IMG/VR virus record: IMGVR_UViG_3300023174_000088
Coordinates: 1-27,409 of that record
DNA from: a virus
Taxonomy: Duplodnaviria > Heunggongvirae > Uroviricota > Caudoviricetes
Reading direction: 5' to 3' (one strand)
Length of the DNA: 27,409 nt
Positions 16,840-25,315 of this stretch are shown here, piece after piece. The translations under genes and the position numbers were made by a program. The first letter of the stretch is position 1, and each line of letters opens with the position of its first letter. The notes under the pieces are model-generated. The model made no database searches. It was given only the letters and a program-made list of their open reading frames with translations, and had not been told where the DNA came from.

Positions 16840-17028
16840 ATGGCACTATTTAACATTACCATCAATGTACTTGATGATGAGGATTCCAAAAAGAAACTGG
16901 ATGATATATCTAAAAAGCTTGACCAACTGATTAGTGGTGGTGGAGGAGCTACAGAAAATCCATGTATCAAGAATGAAATCCTGAAAAACTTGGATGTTGC
17001 AATACAAAAGATAAACAATATTGTTTAA
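16840..17028 (+). CDS. Small hypothetical protein
   Basis: 62 aa; two short amphipathic helices separated by GGGG. Confidence 0.65.
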   Translation: MALFNITINVLDDEDSKKKLDDISKKLDQLISGGGGATENPCIKNEILKNLDVAIQKINNIV

Positions 17029-17048
17029 CCCTAAAACCCCTTTAAAAC

Positions 17049-17282
17049 ATGGCTACTCTCGAAGAAATCTCTGCGAAAGTTGACGAACTGCAAGCTGCTC
17101 TTGACGCTGAACAAGCTCAAGTTGCTGAACTGGTTGCTGCTAAAGATGCTGCTATTGCCTCTCTCGAAGAAGCAATTGCTGCTCTGGAAGCTCTGGTTGC
17201 TGATGGCGGTACTCCCGAAGCTAGACAAGCTGTTGTTGAGAAACTCGACGCTGCTAAGGCTGATCTGGAAGCAACTGTGTAA
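17049..17282 (+). CDS. Ala-rich acidic coiled-coil protein
   Basis: 77 aa with heptad repeats; strong codon bias (19 of 23 Ala codons are GCT by my count); last gene before the terminator. Confidence 0.85.
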   Translation: MATLEEISAKVDELQAALDAEQAQVAELVAAKDAAIASLEEAIAALEALVADGGTPEARQAVVEKLDAAKADLEATV

Positions 17283-17300
17283 TCCTCGTCACACGAAATT

Positions 17301-17334
17301 GAAAAGCCCCTTTTTACAGGGGCTTTTCTTTTAC
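17301..17334. terminator. Bidirectional intrinsic terminator between the convergent arms
   Basis: Perfect 11-bp inverted repeat GAAAAGCCCCT (17301-17311) / AGGGGCTTTTC (17318-17328), 6-nt loop, T-rich on the right and A-rich on the left. Confidence 0.9.
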
Positions 17335-17522
17335 ATTTTTTTCCAAAAATACTTAAAGTTAATTTCAATGCTCTTTAAAATAAAGCCATTTATAGATTCG
17401 CTGTACTCTTCACGTATTGCTTTGTAAAATTTAATCTTCACTACACTCTCGTTACAAGCAAAATTGTAAAAGTATCCTAGAAATTTACCGTTTGGTTTTA
17501 TTATTTTAAATAGCTGTAGCAT
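17331..17522 (-). CDS. Small hypothetical protein
   Basis: 63 aa; overlaps the upstream gene by 17 nt; its TAA abuts the terminator; fills an otherwise empty gap. Confidence 0.5.
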   Translation of the reverse strand: MLQLFKIIKPNGKFLGYFYNFACNESVVKIKFYKAIREEYSESINGFILKSIEINFKYFWKKM

Positions 17523-17805
17523 TTACAAATCTAGTGGCATCAGAAGGATCGAGATAGATTTCACTCTGGAAGGTGTTTCTTTCCCTCTTATATCCCTTCA
17601 TCTTATTAGTTTTGGGGTCAACATCAGGCACTTGTTGTGCTCTTTCGTGAAGGTCATCTAGAAGAATAAGCACTCTTCCATCCTCAACAGTGATGGACCT
17701 CACCACCTTATTGATGTTAAAACTGTCTCTATACTCCTTGAATTCAGGATTGTCTGGAGTACCGCTCACTAGTTCTTTTCTAGTGTAAAAGAATTGATTT
17801 TGCAT
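17506..17805 (-). CDS. Hypothetical protein
   Basis: 99-aa ORF directly after phoH; A-rich leader. Confidence 0.75.
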   Translation of the reverse strand: MQNQFFYTRKELVSGTPDNPEFKEYRDSFNINKVVRSITVEDGRVLILLDDLHERAQQVPDVDPKTNKMKGYKRERNTFQSEIYLDPSDATRFVNATAI

Positions 17806-17816
17806 ATTGGTTTGTT

Positions 17817-18467
17817 TTATTTTTGATATTCAAAGTCTAGGATTTTACCTACAAGGTCACTTCTGTGGTTGTGCTTGAGTTTAATCCATTGTATTTCCTT
17901 GATCTTCTTGGACAGCTCTATTACATAGCTGAGCCCGTTGTATTCATCTCGTATGTCTTTTTGCTCATTGTCCCCATTGATGATGATTTTACCATCCTTT
18001 CCAAGTCTTGTGAGGATGGCCAGCATCTCAGCCTTTGTAAGATTCTGGGCTTCTTCTACAATAAGCACATCATCTATTGTCTTTCCTCTAATGAATTGTA
18101 CAGGAAGGGCCTTCACCTTCTTGGTTGTTATGAGCTCATCTATCTTCACCTTGTCGTAGCACTTGGTGAGATTCTCAAGGAATGCTTCCAGATAGGGATC
18201 AAACTTCTCACTAAGAGACCCAGGGAGAAACCCCAGAGAATGACCCACTTCTACAGCAGCCCTTGTAATGAGGATTTCATCACATTGCTTCTTAAAGAGA
18301 AAATCTAAAGCACACTGTGCACTGACAAGACTCTTTCCGCAGCCAGCCCTACCTGTAATAATCACTATCTGATTGTCCAGAATAAGCCGTTTAGCTTCCT
18401 TCTGCTCATCATTCAGTGTCACTTTATATTTAATCTCGTTCTTTCTCTCCCTGTTTGATTCTTTCAT
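17817..18467 (-). CDS. phoH: PhoH-like ATPase
   Basis: Walker A GRAGCGKS; LGFLPGSLSEKFDPY, FIRGKT, IVEEAQNLT, LTRLG...INGDNEQ.D and NHRSDLV are the PhoH signature set. Confidence 0.93.
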   Translation of the reverse strand: MKESNRERKNEIKYKVTLNDEQKEAKRLILDNQIVIITGRAGCGKSLVSAQCALDFLFKKQCDEILITRAAVEVGHSLGFLPGSLSEKFDPYLEAFLENLTKCYDKVKIDELITTKKVKALPVQFIRGKTIDDVLIVEEAQNLTKAEMLAILTRLGKDGKIIINGDNEQKDIRDEYNGLSYVIELSKKIKEIQWIKLKHNHRSDLVGKILDFEYQK

Positions 18468-18831
18468 ATTTAAGTTTTAACTCATCTCGTCTTTTGTTCA
18501 CTTCCTCATACTTATACATGTTGCTCTCAACGTTCGTATGTTCATCTAAGGTAAGAAGAATTATGTTATCTTCATCATATTCTGCCTCAGGAAATTTTTC
18601 TTTGGGAAGAATGTGGTGGAAATATGTTGAAAGTGGTTCCCTGCCTAAGTAGATGTTGCTTATCTCAGAAAAATGCCTTCTTTTGCTCCAAATCTGTAGG
18701 AAAAAGTCGTTTCTTAGGGATATTGTGCCCTGTTTTTGTGACTTTTTCACATTTAAGGGTTTTCTGGGTTTGCATCTAAAACAGTGTTCACTTTCAGCAT
18801 TCCTACCACAGGTGATGCATTTATTTGCCAC
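18430..18831 (-). CDS. HNH-family nuclease-like protein with N-terminal Zn knuckle
   Basis: CITC...HCFRC; FHHILPK...DNIILLTLDEH. Likely GTG start at 18831; the ORF extends to 18885 inside dut. Confidence 0.65.
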   Translation of the reverse strand: MANKCITCGRNAESEHCFRCKPRKPLNVKKSQKQGTISLRNDFFLQIWSKRRHFSEISNIYLGREPLSTYFHHILPKEKFPEAEYDEDNIILLTLDEHTNVESNMYKYEEVNKRRDELKLKYERIKQGEKERD

Positions 18832-19246
18832 TGCTTCCGTGGCCTCCTTCCCCTCTCTCTGTTTCTGTAAGGTGGTTGGCTTCAATCATTTGTACGTACG
18901 GATGGGGAATAATCATGAGCTGACACACCCTGTCTCCTATCTCATACACTCTTGAAGCCACTCCTCTTTTCTTATTGAATGTCACTTGCACAGATCCTCT
19001 ATATCCACTGTCAATAACTCCTACAGAATTGCTGAGGAAAAGATCGTATTTTCTTATAGAGCTCCTAGGAAACACAAGTCCTACAAATCCCTCAGGAATC
19101 TCTAGAGCTATGCCTGTGTCATACACAATCTGGAAGGGTTCATTGCTGATTATTTCTACAGCTGTTAAATCCACGCCAGCATCCCCCTCTTTAGCATAAG
19201 AAGGGGATGTGGTGGCAGGATGAAGCTTTTTAAATTTCACTTGCAT
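18821..19246 (-). CDS. dut: Trimeric dUTPase
   Basis: Motifs AGVDL, PRSS, GVIDSGYRG, GDRVCQL and ERGEGGHGSSG. Confidence 0.96.
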   Translation of the reverse strand: MQVKFKKLHPATTSPSYAKEGDAGVDLTAVEIISNEPFQIVYDTGIALEIPEGFVGLVFPRSSIRKYDLFLSNSVGVIDSGYRGSVQVTFNKKRGVASRVYEIGDRVCQLMIIPHPYVQMIEANHLTETERGEGGHGSSGK

Positions 19247-20258
19247 CTTCTACTGGGATTTCTGTGTGATTGATTTTGTTAATGATTTGTTCCTTAATGC
19301 TATTGTAAAACTCCTCATTGTCCATAAGCATGGCCTTAAACTCTTCAAGGTTGTATTTGGTTTCGTTGATGGTCATTGTCTTGCCATACTTTCTACCAAT
19401 CTCAAACTCATTGATGAGCTCCATAATCTCTCCAAGCTTGTCAATACCCTCACCATACACAATCTCAAACTGAGATAGTCTGTAAGGAGGAGACATTTTG
19501 TTCTTGATGGCCTTCACCTTTGTAATATTACCATAGGTGACATCACCTTCTTTGGCCAAACTCCTGCTCACTTCTATACGGACATCAGAATAAAACTTCA
19601 GAGCATGCCCTCCTTGTGTGGTGGTGGGATTGCCAAACATCACTCCTATCTTCTCACGATATTGCGAAATGACAATAACACAAACATTGTATTGGGAAAG
19701 CGCACTCTTAAGTTTTGGATAGGCATTGCTGTTCAAGAGAGCTTTCTTGCCAATAGATGAATCACCCACCTCACCATCAAGCACCTTCTTAGGAATCAAA
19801 CTAGAGTCTGAATCGATGATAATCATATCAATTGTACCAGTTTGGATCATCTCCATAGCAATATTAAATCCCTCCTCACCGCAAGAAGGCTGAGCAATCA
19901 GCATCTTTGTTGTGTCCACTCCAAGAGCCTCAAAATAATGCTTGTCAACAGCATGCTCACCGTCTATATACAGAACAGTGCCTCCTCTCTTTTGACATTC
20001 TGCTACAGCATGACCACAAATTGTGCTCTTACCTGAGCCCTCCCATCCCATCAGCTCATACATCTTGCCTTTTACAAAGCCTCCTGTACCCAATGTGATG
20101 TAGTCAAATCCCAAAGATCCTGTTGAAATCACATCATAATCTCCATTTGTCTTGTTTTCCAATGTAAGCACTGTCCCTTCCCCATAGGTTTTGTTGAGTT
20201 TGTCCAGTGCTTCCTGGAACTTACTTTTGCCTTCTACAGGCTCTTTTGTTTTTGCCAT
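19230..20258 (-). CDS. recA: RecA recombinase
   Basis: ISTGSLGFD, Walker A GWEGSGKS, IDGEHAVD, IIIDS, SQYREKIGVMFGNPTTTQGGHALKFYSDVRIEV, KNKMSPPY. Confidence 0.95.
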   Translation of the reverse strand: MAKTKEPVEGKSKFQEALDKLNKTYGEGTVLTLENKTNGDYDVISTGSLGFDYITLGTGGFVKGKMYELMGWEGSGKSTICGHAVAECQKRGGTVLYIDGEHAVDKHYFEALGVDTTKMLIAQPSCGEEGFNIAMEMIQTGTIDMIIIDSDSSLIPKKVLDGEVGDSSIGKKALLNSNAYPKLKSALSQYNVCVIVISQYREKIGVMFGNPTTTQGGHALKFYSDVRIEVSRSLAKEGDVTYGNITKVKAIKNKMSPPYRLSQFEIVYGEGIDKLGEIMELINEFEIGRKYGKTMTINETKYNLEEFKAMLMDNEEFYNSIKEQIINKINHTEIPVEDASEI

Positions 20259-20278
20259 AATTGATTGATTTTAGGTTG

Positions 20279-20310
20279 TAAATTTAATTCAAAACTTCGA
20301 CTCTAACAAA
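20279..20310 (-). promoter_or_regulatory. Probable Bacteroidota-type promoter for recA (variant -7 box)
   Basis: Minus strand TTTG (20310-20307), 20-nt spacer, TAAATTTA (20286-20279); one mismatch to TAnnTTTG; same spacing as the other two promoters. Confidence 0.55.
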
Positions 20311-20341
20311 AAAAGAGCCCCTAATGTAGAAACATTGGGGC
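20308..20341 (-). terminator. Intrinsic terminator after nrdJ
   Basis: Minus-strand RNA GCCCCAAUGU-UUCU-ACAUU(A)GGGGC followed by UCUUUUUUU; 34 nt downstream of the nrdJ stop. Confidence 0.8.
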
Positions 20342-20374
20342 GTTTATTAATCATTAAAATCAAAAACAAAAAAC

Positions 20375-22315
20375 TTATTCTATAGCACAACTTCCACCAG
20401 CACAAGCTGCTGTCTGGCCAAACTCTACATTATCATCTATCTCTGTCACCTTTGTTAGATCTATAGAGTGTAATGCGTTTATTCTCTTGTTATATTCCTC
20501 TTCTGTAATGTCCTCGAAAGGAGCTTGAACATAACTTCCTCCCCAATAGGGCAACACACTTAATCCATTGTAAAACTCCTTGTTGTCCCACATCCATTCT
20601 CCTACAGCTTCCCATTCATCTAAAGAAGCATCTAAAAATTCCTCTATTATAGGATTTGAATGATTGTCTATAACAACATCAGTTTTAAATACAGAGGGAT
20701 ACTTTCTGTTCTTATCAATAGAAATTGTAGCAGATACATTGTGTGTATTATCTCCTGTAACATGCCCAGCTCTCACCCATTCTGTAGAGAACTTCTTAAC
20801 ACGCTCAAGCGTATCAATAGCTGTCTCTGTTCTGAATATAGAGCCCTCTGGAGCCTTAATAGGGATGCGAACACATAATGTATCATGAGGACGAAGAACA
20901 TCATCTTCGCACAGCTCAGGATGGTTCACTTGCAAATATAGGGCAATGTCCTCGCTTTTTCCAAATCTAATTGTACGAAGATAATAGGGAGCATGCCATG
21001 CGTGTATGCCTGAAGATGTTCCAAGTACACAACTTGTTGTACCTGAAGGCTTTATGCAGGTGATACGAGATGCTTCATTGATTCCAATGTCTGCAGAAAT
21101 TACAGAATTCACCACCTTGGCTGTATATGCTGGAATGCTGAGGTCATATTTCAACACCTCACCTGATGCAATCCCTGTCATACCGATTCCTAAAAGAGCA
21201 TCCTTCTGTGTAGTTTGTCTCCAGATGGGACGCAAGTAATGGAAATCTGTAAACCCAGCTTGCAGAGTTCCAAAGAACGCAGCTACAGCAACACGATTGT
21301 TCAAATCGTATTTATTCTCAATATCACTGACATTCACCTCGCACAGGTTACAAAACTGATAGGGTCTGAGTCCAATCTCACAACATGGATTAGTGCCCCA
21401 GTCTTTATTGTTAGTCCAATAAATCCCAGGTTCACCGCTTCCTGAAGCCTCTATTCTCTTCCAGAGATCGAAGAACTCTGTAGCCAACACTTCTGTTCTT
21501 TCCAATACAGCAGAGTTGTTAGCCCTTCCACGCTGTTCATTTATCTGCCACCAATCTCCATACTTACATGTAATCATCTCTTCGTCATCATGGCTAAAGA
21601 GGGCAATCATAGCACTTCTCCTGATGCCTCCAGCAAGCACACTGTTTGCAATGTGACACAGCATATCATGACACTCAAGAGGAGAAAGCTTTTCTCCTTC
21701 CTTCTTCCTTTCCAGAATAGCCTGCACGTGTGCCAGACAAATCTTCAAGGGTTCAGGACCAGGAGCTTTACCACCAGCTGTTACAAGTCTTGCTCCCTTC
21801 TGACGGATGGCCCTAAAGTCAAATATGGGCATAAACTTACCCTCCATATAGGCTTTGAACAACACCTTTACAGCATCAGCCCATCCCATAATTGAATCCT
21901 CAATCAGGTAGGTGCGCTTCTTTCCAGGCTTTGTAATGACAGGAAGCTGCTCTATATGATGTTTTTGTACGCTATATCCCACACCTGTACCTCCTAACAG
22001 CAAGAACATAGTCTCACTGAAGCTGTGCAAGCTGTCTATAGGAAGAAAACAGCAATTGTAAATACGAGCATTGTTCACCTCAGCAGCTGCTCCTGCAAAC
22101 TGAAGAGCCCTCATTGAGGGAAGTACAGCCTTTCTTCTAATAAATTCCCCACTTGTTTTAATAGCTTCTTCAAGCTTAGGGTATTTCTTAATCATCATGT
22201 TCTCATATCTATCTACTATCTCGTCCCAGGTTTCTCTTCTTTTCTTTTCTGGGATGAATTTTGCATATTTCGAATAAATTGTAATATCCGATAACACTTG
22301 AAGTCCTACGTCCAT
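20375..22315 (-). CDS. nrdJ: Class II (adenosylcobalamin-dependent) ribonucleotide reductase, monomeric RTPR type
   Basis: LPSMRAL, YNCCF, GTGVG, GGIRRSA, TNPCCEI, TCIKPSGTTS and C-terminal ACAGGSC; 646 aa; no NrdB partner nearby. Confidence 0.92.
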   Translation of the reverse strand: MDVGLQVLSDITIYSKYAKFIPEKKRRETWDEIVDRYENMMIKKYPKLEEAIKTSGEFIRRKAVLPSMRALQFAGAAAEVNNARIYNCCFLPIDSLHSFSETMFLLLGGTGVGYSVQKHHIEQLPVITKPGKKRTYLIEDSIMGWADAVKVLFKAYMEGKFMPIFDFRAIRQKGARLVTAGGKAPGPEPLKICLAHVQAILERKKEGEKLSPLECHDMLCHIANSVLAGGIRRSAMIALFSHDDEEMITCKYGDWWQINEQRGRANNSAVLERTEVLATEFFDLWKRIEASGSGEPGIYWTNNKDWGTNPCCEIGLRPYQFCNLCEVNVSDIENKYDLNNRVAVAAFFGTLQAGFTDFHYLRPIWRQTTQKDALLGIGMTGIASGEVLKYDLSIPAYTAKVVNSVISADIGINEASRITCIKPSGTTSCVLGTSSGIHAWHAPYYLRTIRFGKSEDIALYLQVNHPELCEDDVLRPHDTLCVRIPIKAPEGSIFRTETAIDTLERVKKFSTEWVRAGHVTGDNTHNVSATISIDKNRKYPSVFKTDVVIDNHSNPIIEEFLDASLDEWEAVGEWMWDNKEFYNGLSVLPYWGGSYVQAPFEDITEEEYNKRINALHSIDLTKVTEIDDNVEFGQTAACAGGSCAIE

Positions 22316-22334
22316 AACTAATATTTAGGGGGTT

Positions 22335-22373
22335 AAAAAATAGAGGGGCGCAAATTTAATACACACCTCTCTA
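22335..22373 (-). terminator. Terminator-like hairpin upstream of nrdJ
   Basis: Minus-strand UAGAGAGGUG / CGCCCCUCUA (9 of 10 pairs including one G-U), 13-nt loop, followed by UUUUUU. Confidence 0.55.
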
Positions 22374-22381
22374 AGTTCCAA
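22351..22381 (-). promoter_or_regulatory. Bacteroidota primary-sigma promoter for nrdJ
   Basis: Minus strand TTG (22381-22379), 20-nt spacer, TAAATTTG (22358-22351) followed by CGCC, the same tail as the 7373 promoter. Confidence 0.75.
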
Positions 22382-22396
22382 GACATTTTATAAATT

Positions 22397-22627
22397 CTAA
22401 CTAACCATCTTCCTTATCTTTTCCCCTAGCTCTGTATTGTTGGGAGTGGTATTAACTATGTCAATTATCTTCATCAGATAGAGACTAAAGTCCATAGATT
22501 CCTCTAGAGCATGTGTAAAGAAGTTATCATGGTTGTTCTCACTGAGAGTGGTGCCATACTTCCTCACCCCAGTTTCACTTCTCTTATTATATTTTTCTAT
22601 CAGCTGTTCAACAATATTGTCTCTCAT
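22397..22627 (-). CDS. Small all-alpha protein, possibly MazG-like nucleotide pyrophosphohydrolase fold
   Basis: GVRKYGTTL...HALEESMDFSLY contains an EExxD motif; adjacent to nrdJ. The ORF is solid; the function is tentative. Confidence 0.5.
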   Translation of the reverse strand: MRDNIVEQLIEKYNKRSETGVRKYGTTLSENNHDNFFTHALEESMDFSLYLMKIIDIVNTTPNNTELGEKIRKMVS

Positions 22628-22998
22628 AGCTTGCTTTCTAGTTGTTTAAACGCATCAATGATGGCTGCTGTTTCAGCATCTTTCCTGTTTGTGTAGTCGA
22701 TGCTTTCAACCACCCCATCAAAGCTATACCTGAACACAGGACTAGGGCCTTGTGCGTCTACAGATAGAGATATGTAGATTTTGTGATCGTCAAACACATC
22801 AAACAAAGACCTGGGAGACCCATTCAATATCTCAGACACCCTGTTGTTGTCAATTCCCTGTTGTCTGACAAGTTCCTTGAAATCATCTGGAACAGAGTCT
22901 GTCCTCATGGATGTCAAAAGCCTATCTAACAGCCACTGTTTTACAACAATGGCTGTTTTAGGATTGGTTTCTAATAATTCTAACATGTTCATAATCAA
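22624..22998 (-). CDS. Hypothetical protein
   Basis: 124 aa; ATGA overlaps at both ends. Confidence 0.75.
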   Translation of the reverse strand: MIMNMLELLETNPKTAIVVKQWLLDRLLTSMRTDSVPDDFKELVRQQGIDNNRVSEILNGSPRSLFDVFDDHKIYISLSVDAQGPSPVFRYSFDGVVESIDYTNRKDAETAAIIDAFKQLESKL

Positions 22999-23183
22999 TG
23001 TTTTAATAGTTCTTTATATCTGTCTTCCCACCAGTTTGCTTCATATTCAAGCTCATTCATCTCATTCTCCTTCACCTCTTTGGCTAGGAGTTGGTTTCTG
23101 AAGCTTTCCATTTTGCAATAGGTGGCTGTAGAATCCTTCCCATATTTCTCAATAAGAAGGGTTACGATTTGTTCGTTATACAT
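22995..23183 (-). CDS. Small hypothetical protein
   Basis: Probable start 23183 (MYNEQ; the ORF extends to 23201); 8-nt overlap with the upstream gene. Confidence 0.7.
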   Translation of the reverse strand: MYNEQIVTLLIEKYGKDSTATYCKMESFRNQLLAKEVKENEMNELEYEANWWEDRYKELLKH

Positions 23184-23727
23184 TTTCTTTAAGTTTTTCA
23201 ATGACTAAAATCTCATTTACCTCTTTATATCCATCCCAGAGCTCCATATCATCATCAAACTGTATGTCAATCTTATCCTCCCAATATTCTTTCAAATCCT
23301 TGGTTTTGTTAAAGATGCGATGTTGCAAAGCCACCTCATCTTTATGATAACCGTTCCTTATAATCTTCACTGTTTTTGGGAACAGATTCTGGAAATCCTT
23401 GGAAGTTTTGGAATATTTACCAGCTCTGATGAATTCAAAGTCTCTCTTATACTTCTTATCAAGCTCATACACCAATACGACATACCCATCAGGATAGTCA
23501 TAATCGTCTATGATTAATTTGGTTCTTTCATATTCCCCATCCAGGAAATCACGAAATGCTTCCAAATCAGAAGGCTTGAACAGAACATATACACAATTCT
23601 CATATTGTACGTCTCTGTGAGCATCCTTAGAATACCCATTTATAAACCCGTTTGCCTTAAGGCTGCTCCTGTTGATTCCTAAAGTGGGAACCATGAAGAT
23701 GCTGGTGATTGTTCTTTTCAATTCCAT
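23176..23727 (-). CDS. Hypothetical protein
   Basis: 183 aa; TAATG coupling to the exonuclease gene. Confidence 0.8.
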   Translation of the reverse strand: MELKRTITSIFMVPTLGINRSSLKANGFINGYSKDAHRDVQYENCVYVLFKPSDLEAFRDFLDGEYERTKLIIDDYDYPDGYVVLVYELDKKYKRDFEFIRAGKYSKTSKDFQNLFPKTVKIIRNGYHKDEVALQHRIFNKTKDLKEYWEDKIDIQFDDDMELWDGYKEVNEILVIEKLKENV

Positions 23728-24773
23728 TAACTTTTAATGTTTACAAGTCCTTCATTCTGATAGTTTTCTCTTGAGATGTTCCAGACATCATTTTCTACAG
23801 CCCACGAAAGGTCTTCAATGAGCCTTTGTACACCAGGATATTTACGTCCTTTGTGCTCAAATCCCTCATAGGCATCATATATGTCTCCCAAGTTTAACAT
23901 ATAAATCAGTGGACTATAATAGTTTGTAGAGTCACAAACAATAAATCTAGGATAGAGAGCCTTATATCCGTACAGCTCTCCTTCAAATGTCAGAGATTCT
24001 GCAGCCTTGTAATACAGATAGGCCTGAATATATGCCCTACGGTAGAGATAGTATTCCTCATAGAAGTTTTCTACACTCCAGGTGCACTTGAGATCGTACA
24101 CTTGAATAGTCCTTTCTTCATGGTCAATCACCACCTTATCCATCATGCTCTTGAACAGATGGCCTTCTACAGAATATCCCTCAATCTGGAACTGGTTGTG
24201 TATTGTATATCTTGAGCTGTTCACAAGATTTACAACATTTGCAGTGATGGAATTTGTTCTGAGCTCTGCTACAATCTTCTCAGCATTTGTAACATCTTCT
24301 GTTGTCACCACAGTGAGTCCCTTGCTCTTCACCTCTCTCATCTCCTTGTAATAGATTTCAGCATCACTGCCTACAAACTTACCGATTACAGCATCAAATT
24401 TGATTTTAAACCCACTTTCAACATATGCATCTTTACATATGTCCTCAAAGCTCCTGTTCACCTCACCAAACTCATCTGTAGCAGCAGCTGTATGTTTGTA
24501 TAAAGATTCCACAAAGGCAAGCATGAGCCCTGTAGGAGCGCTAATGCACGTAGACATGTAAAATCTCTCATCAAACATCTCTGGTTCAAGAAGAAGGGTT
24601 TCCACAATTCTTCCAGTGATGGAGGCCTTGTTCTCAGAATCCTCCACCTTGTCTCCTAATATATATTTCTTGTAATATTTCCTCCTGTCAAGAGAAAACT
24701 CCTTGAGGCTAGAAGAGCTGTCCATATTTACAGCCCTGTACATAGCCTCTGTCTTACTGCTTCCCGTTATCAT
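23727..24773 (-). CDS. PD-(D/E)xK exonuclease, RecE/exonuclease VIII (DUF3799)-like
   Basis: N-terminal SSSSLKEF...GRIVETLLLEPE; FKSMMDKVVID...VYDLKCT nuclease core; YIQAYLY motif. Confidence 0.8.
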   Translation of the reverse strand: MITGSSKTEAMYRAVNMDSSSSLKEFSLDRRKYYKKYILGDKVEDSENKASITGRIVETLLLEPEMFDERFYMSTCISAPTGLMLAFVESLYKHTAAATDEFGEVNRSFEDICKDAYVESGFKIKFDAVIGKFVGSDAEIYYKEMREVKSKGLTVVTTEDVTNAEKIVAELRTNSITANVVNLVNSSRYTIHNQFQIEGYSVEGHLFKSMMDKVVIDHEERTIQVYDLKCTWSVENFYEEYYLYRRAYIQAYLYYKAAESLTFEGELYGYKALYPRFIVCDSTNYYSPLIYMLNLGDIYDAYEGFEHKGRKYPGVQRLIEDLSWAVENDVWNISRENYQNEGLVNIKS

Positions 24774-25074
24774 AATTTTTGTCTTTGGTTAAGAAATCTG
24801 TGTTTCGCTTAGCTCCCTTTGGCCATCTAGATTTTTTAGGCTTCCAATCTTCTGGAATAGGGGGAACCAAACTTTCTCCTGCTGTAGGATTACCATACAA
24901 TATTAAATCATTTTGATCCACTGTACGTATAAGTCCTGAGTGATATATACGTACAATAAACTGTGGATTTGAAGTGACACTGCCTGTAATCATGAACATC
25001 ACTAAACAATCTCCTAATTCTTTTGCATAAGCGTCAAAAGGGTTAACTATTTCATGAACCGTTTGAATCATCAT
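24754..25074 (-). CDS. Hypothetical protein
   Basis: Probable start 25074 (MMIQTV; the ORF extends to 25098); co-oriented and overlaps both neighbours. Confidence 0.65.
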   Translation of the reverse strand: MMIQTVHEIVNPFDAYAKELGDCLVMFMITGSVTSNPQFIVRIYHSGLIRTVDQNDLILYGNPTAGESLVPPIPEDWKPKKSRWPKGAKRNTDFLTKDKNYDNGKQ

Positions 25075-25315
25075 GAGCTTTCTGTTTAAATGCATCAATA
25101 ATGTAATGTTGCATTGCTCTCACTTCCCTGGGCACTCTCTGGAAGAACCAGCGAATGTCCACCTCATATTCATTTCCATGAGGATCAACACCGTTTGGGT
25201 GTATCAGCCAAAATTGGTGTTTTTCACCATCATAAATAACATGTCCCTCATACCAAACCTCTGTAAATGAGGATTCTCGATTAATACTCACTTCCAAACT
25301 CTTACTTTTTTCCAT
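25052..25315 (-). CDS. Hypothetical protein
   Basis: Probable start 25315 (MEKSKS) or 25324; the longer ORF from 25381 lies inside the HNH gene. Confidence 0.7.
   Translation of the reverse strand: MEKSKSLEVSINRESSFTEVWYEGHVIYDGEKHQFWLIHPNGVDPHGNEYEVDIRWFFQRVPREVRAMQHYIIDAFKQKAHDDSNGS

Noticed and set aside
17049-17282. Gas-vesicle GvpA-like identity for the Ala-rich protein
   Set aside because: It lacks the GvpA ILDKG...VSLVGIELL pattern and is an acidic heptad coiled coil rather than a hydrophobic beta-hairpin.
17344-17533. Isolated minus-strand TAnnTTTG boxes (17351-17344, 17533-17526)
   Set aside because: There is no -33 element at the 20-nt spacing, both lie inside ORFs, and neither is positioned to drive a gene.
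20375-22315. Intein or intron in nrdJ
   Set aside because: The length (646 aa) and continuous motifs match an uninterrupted enzyme.
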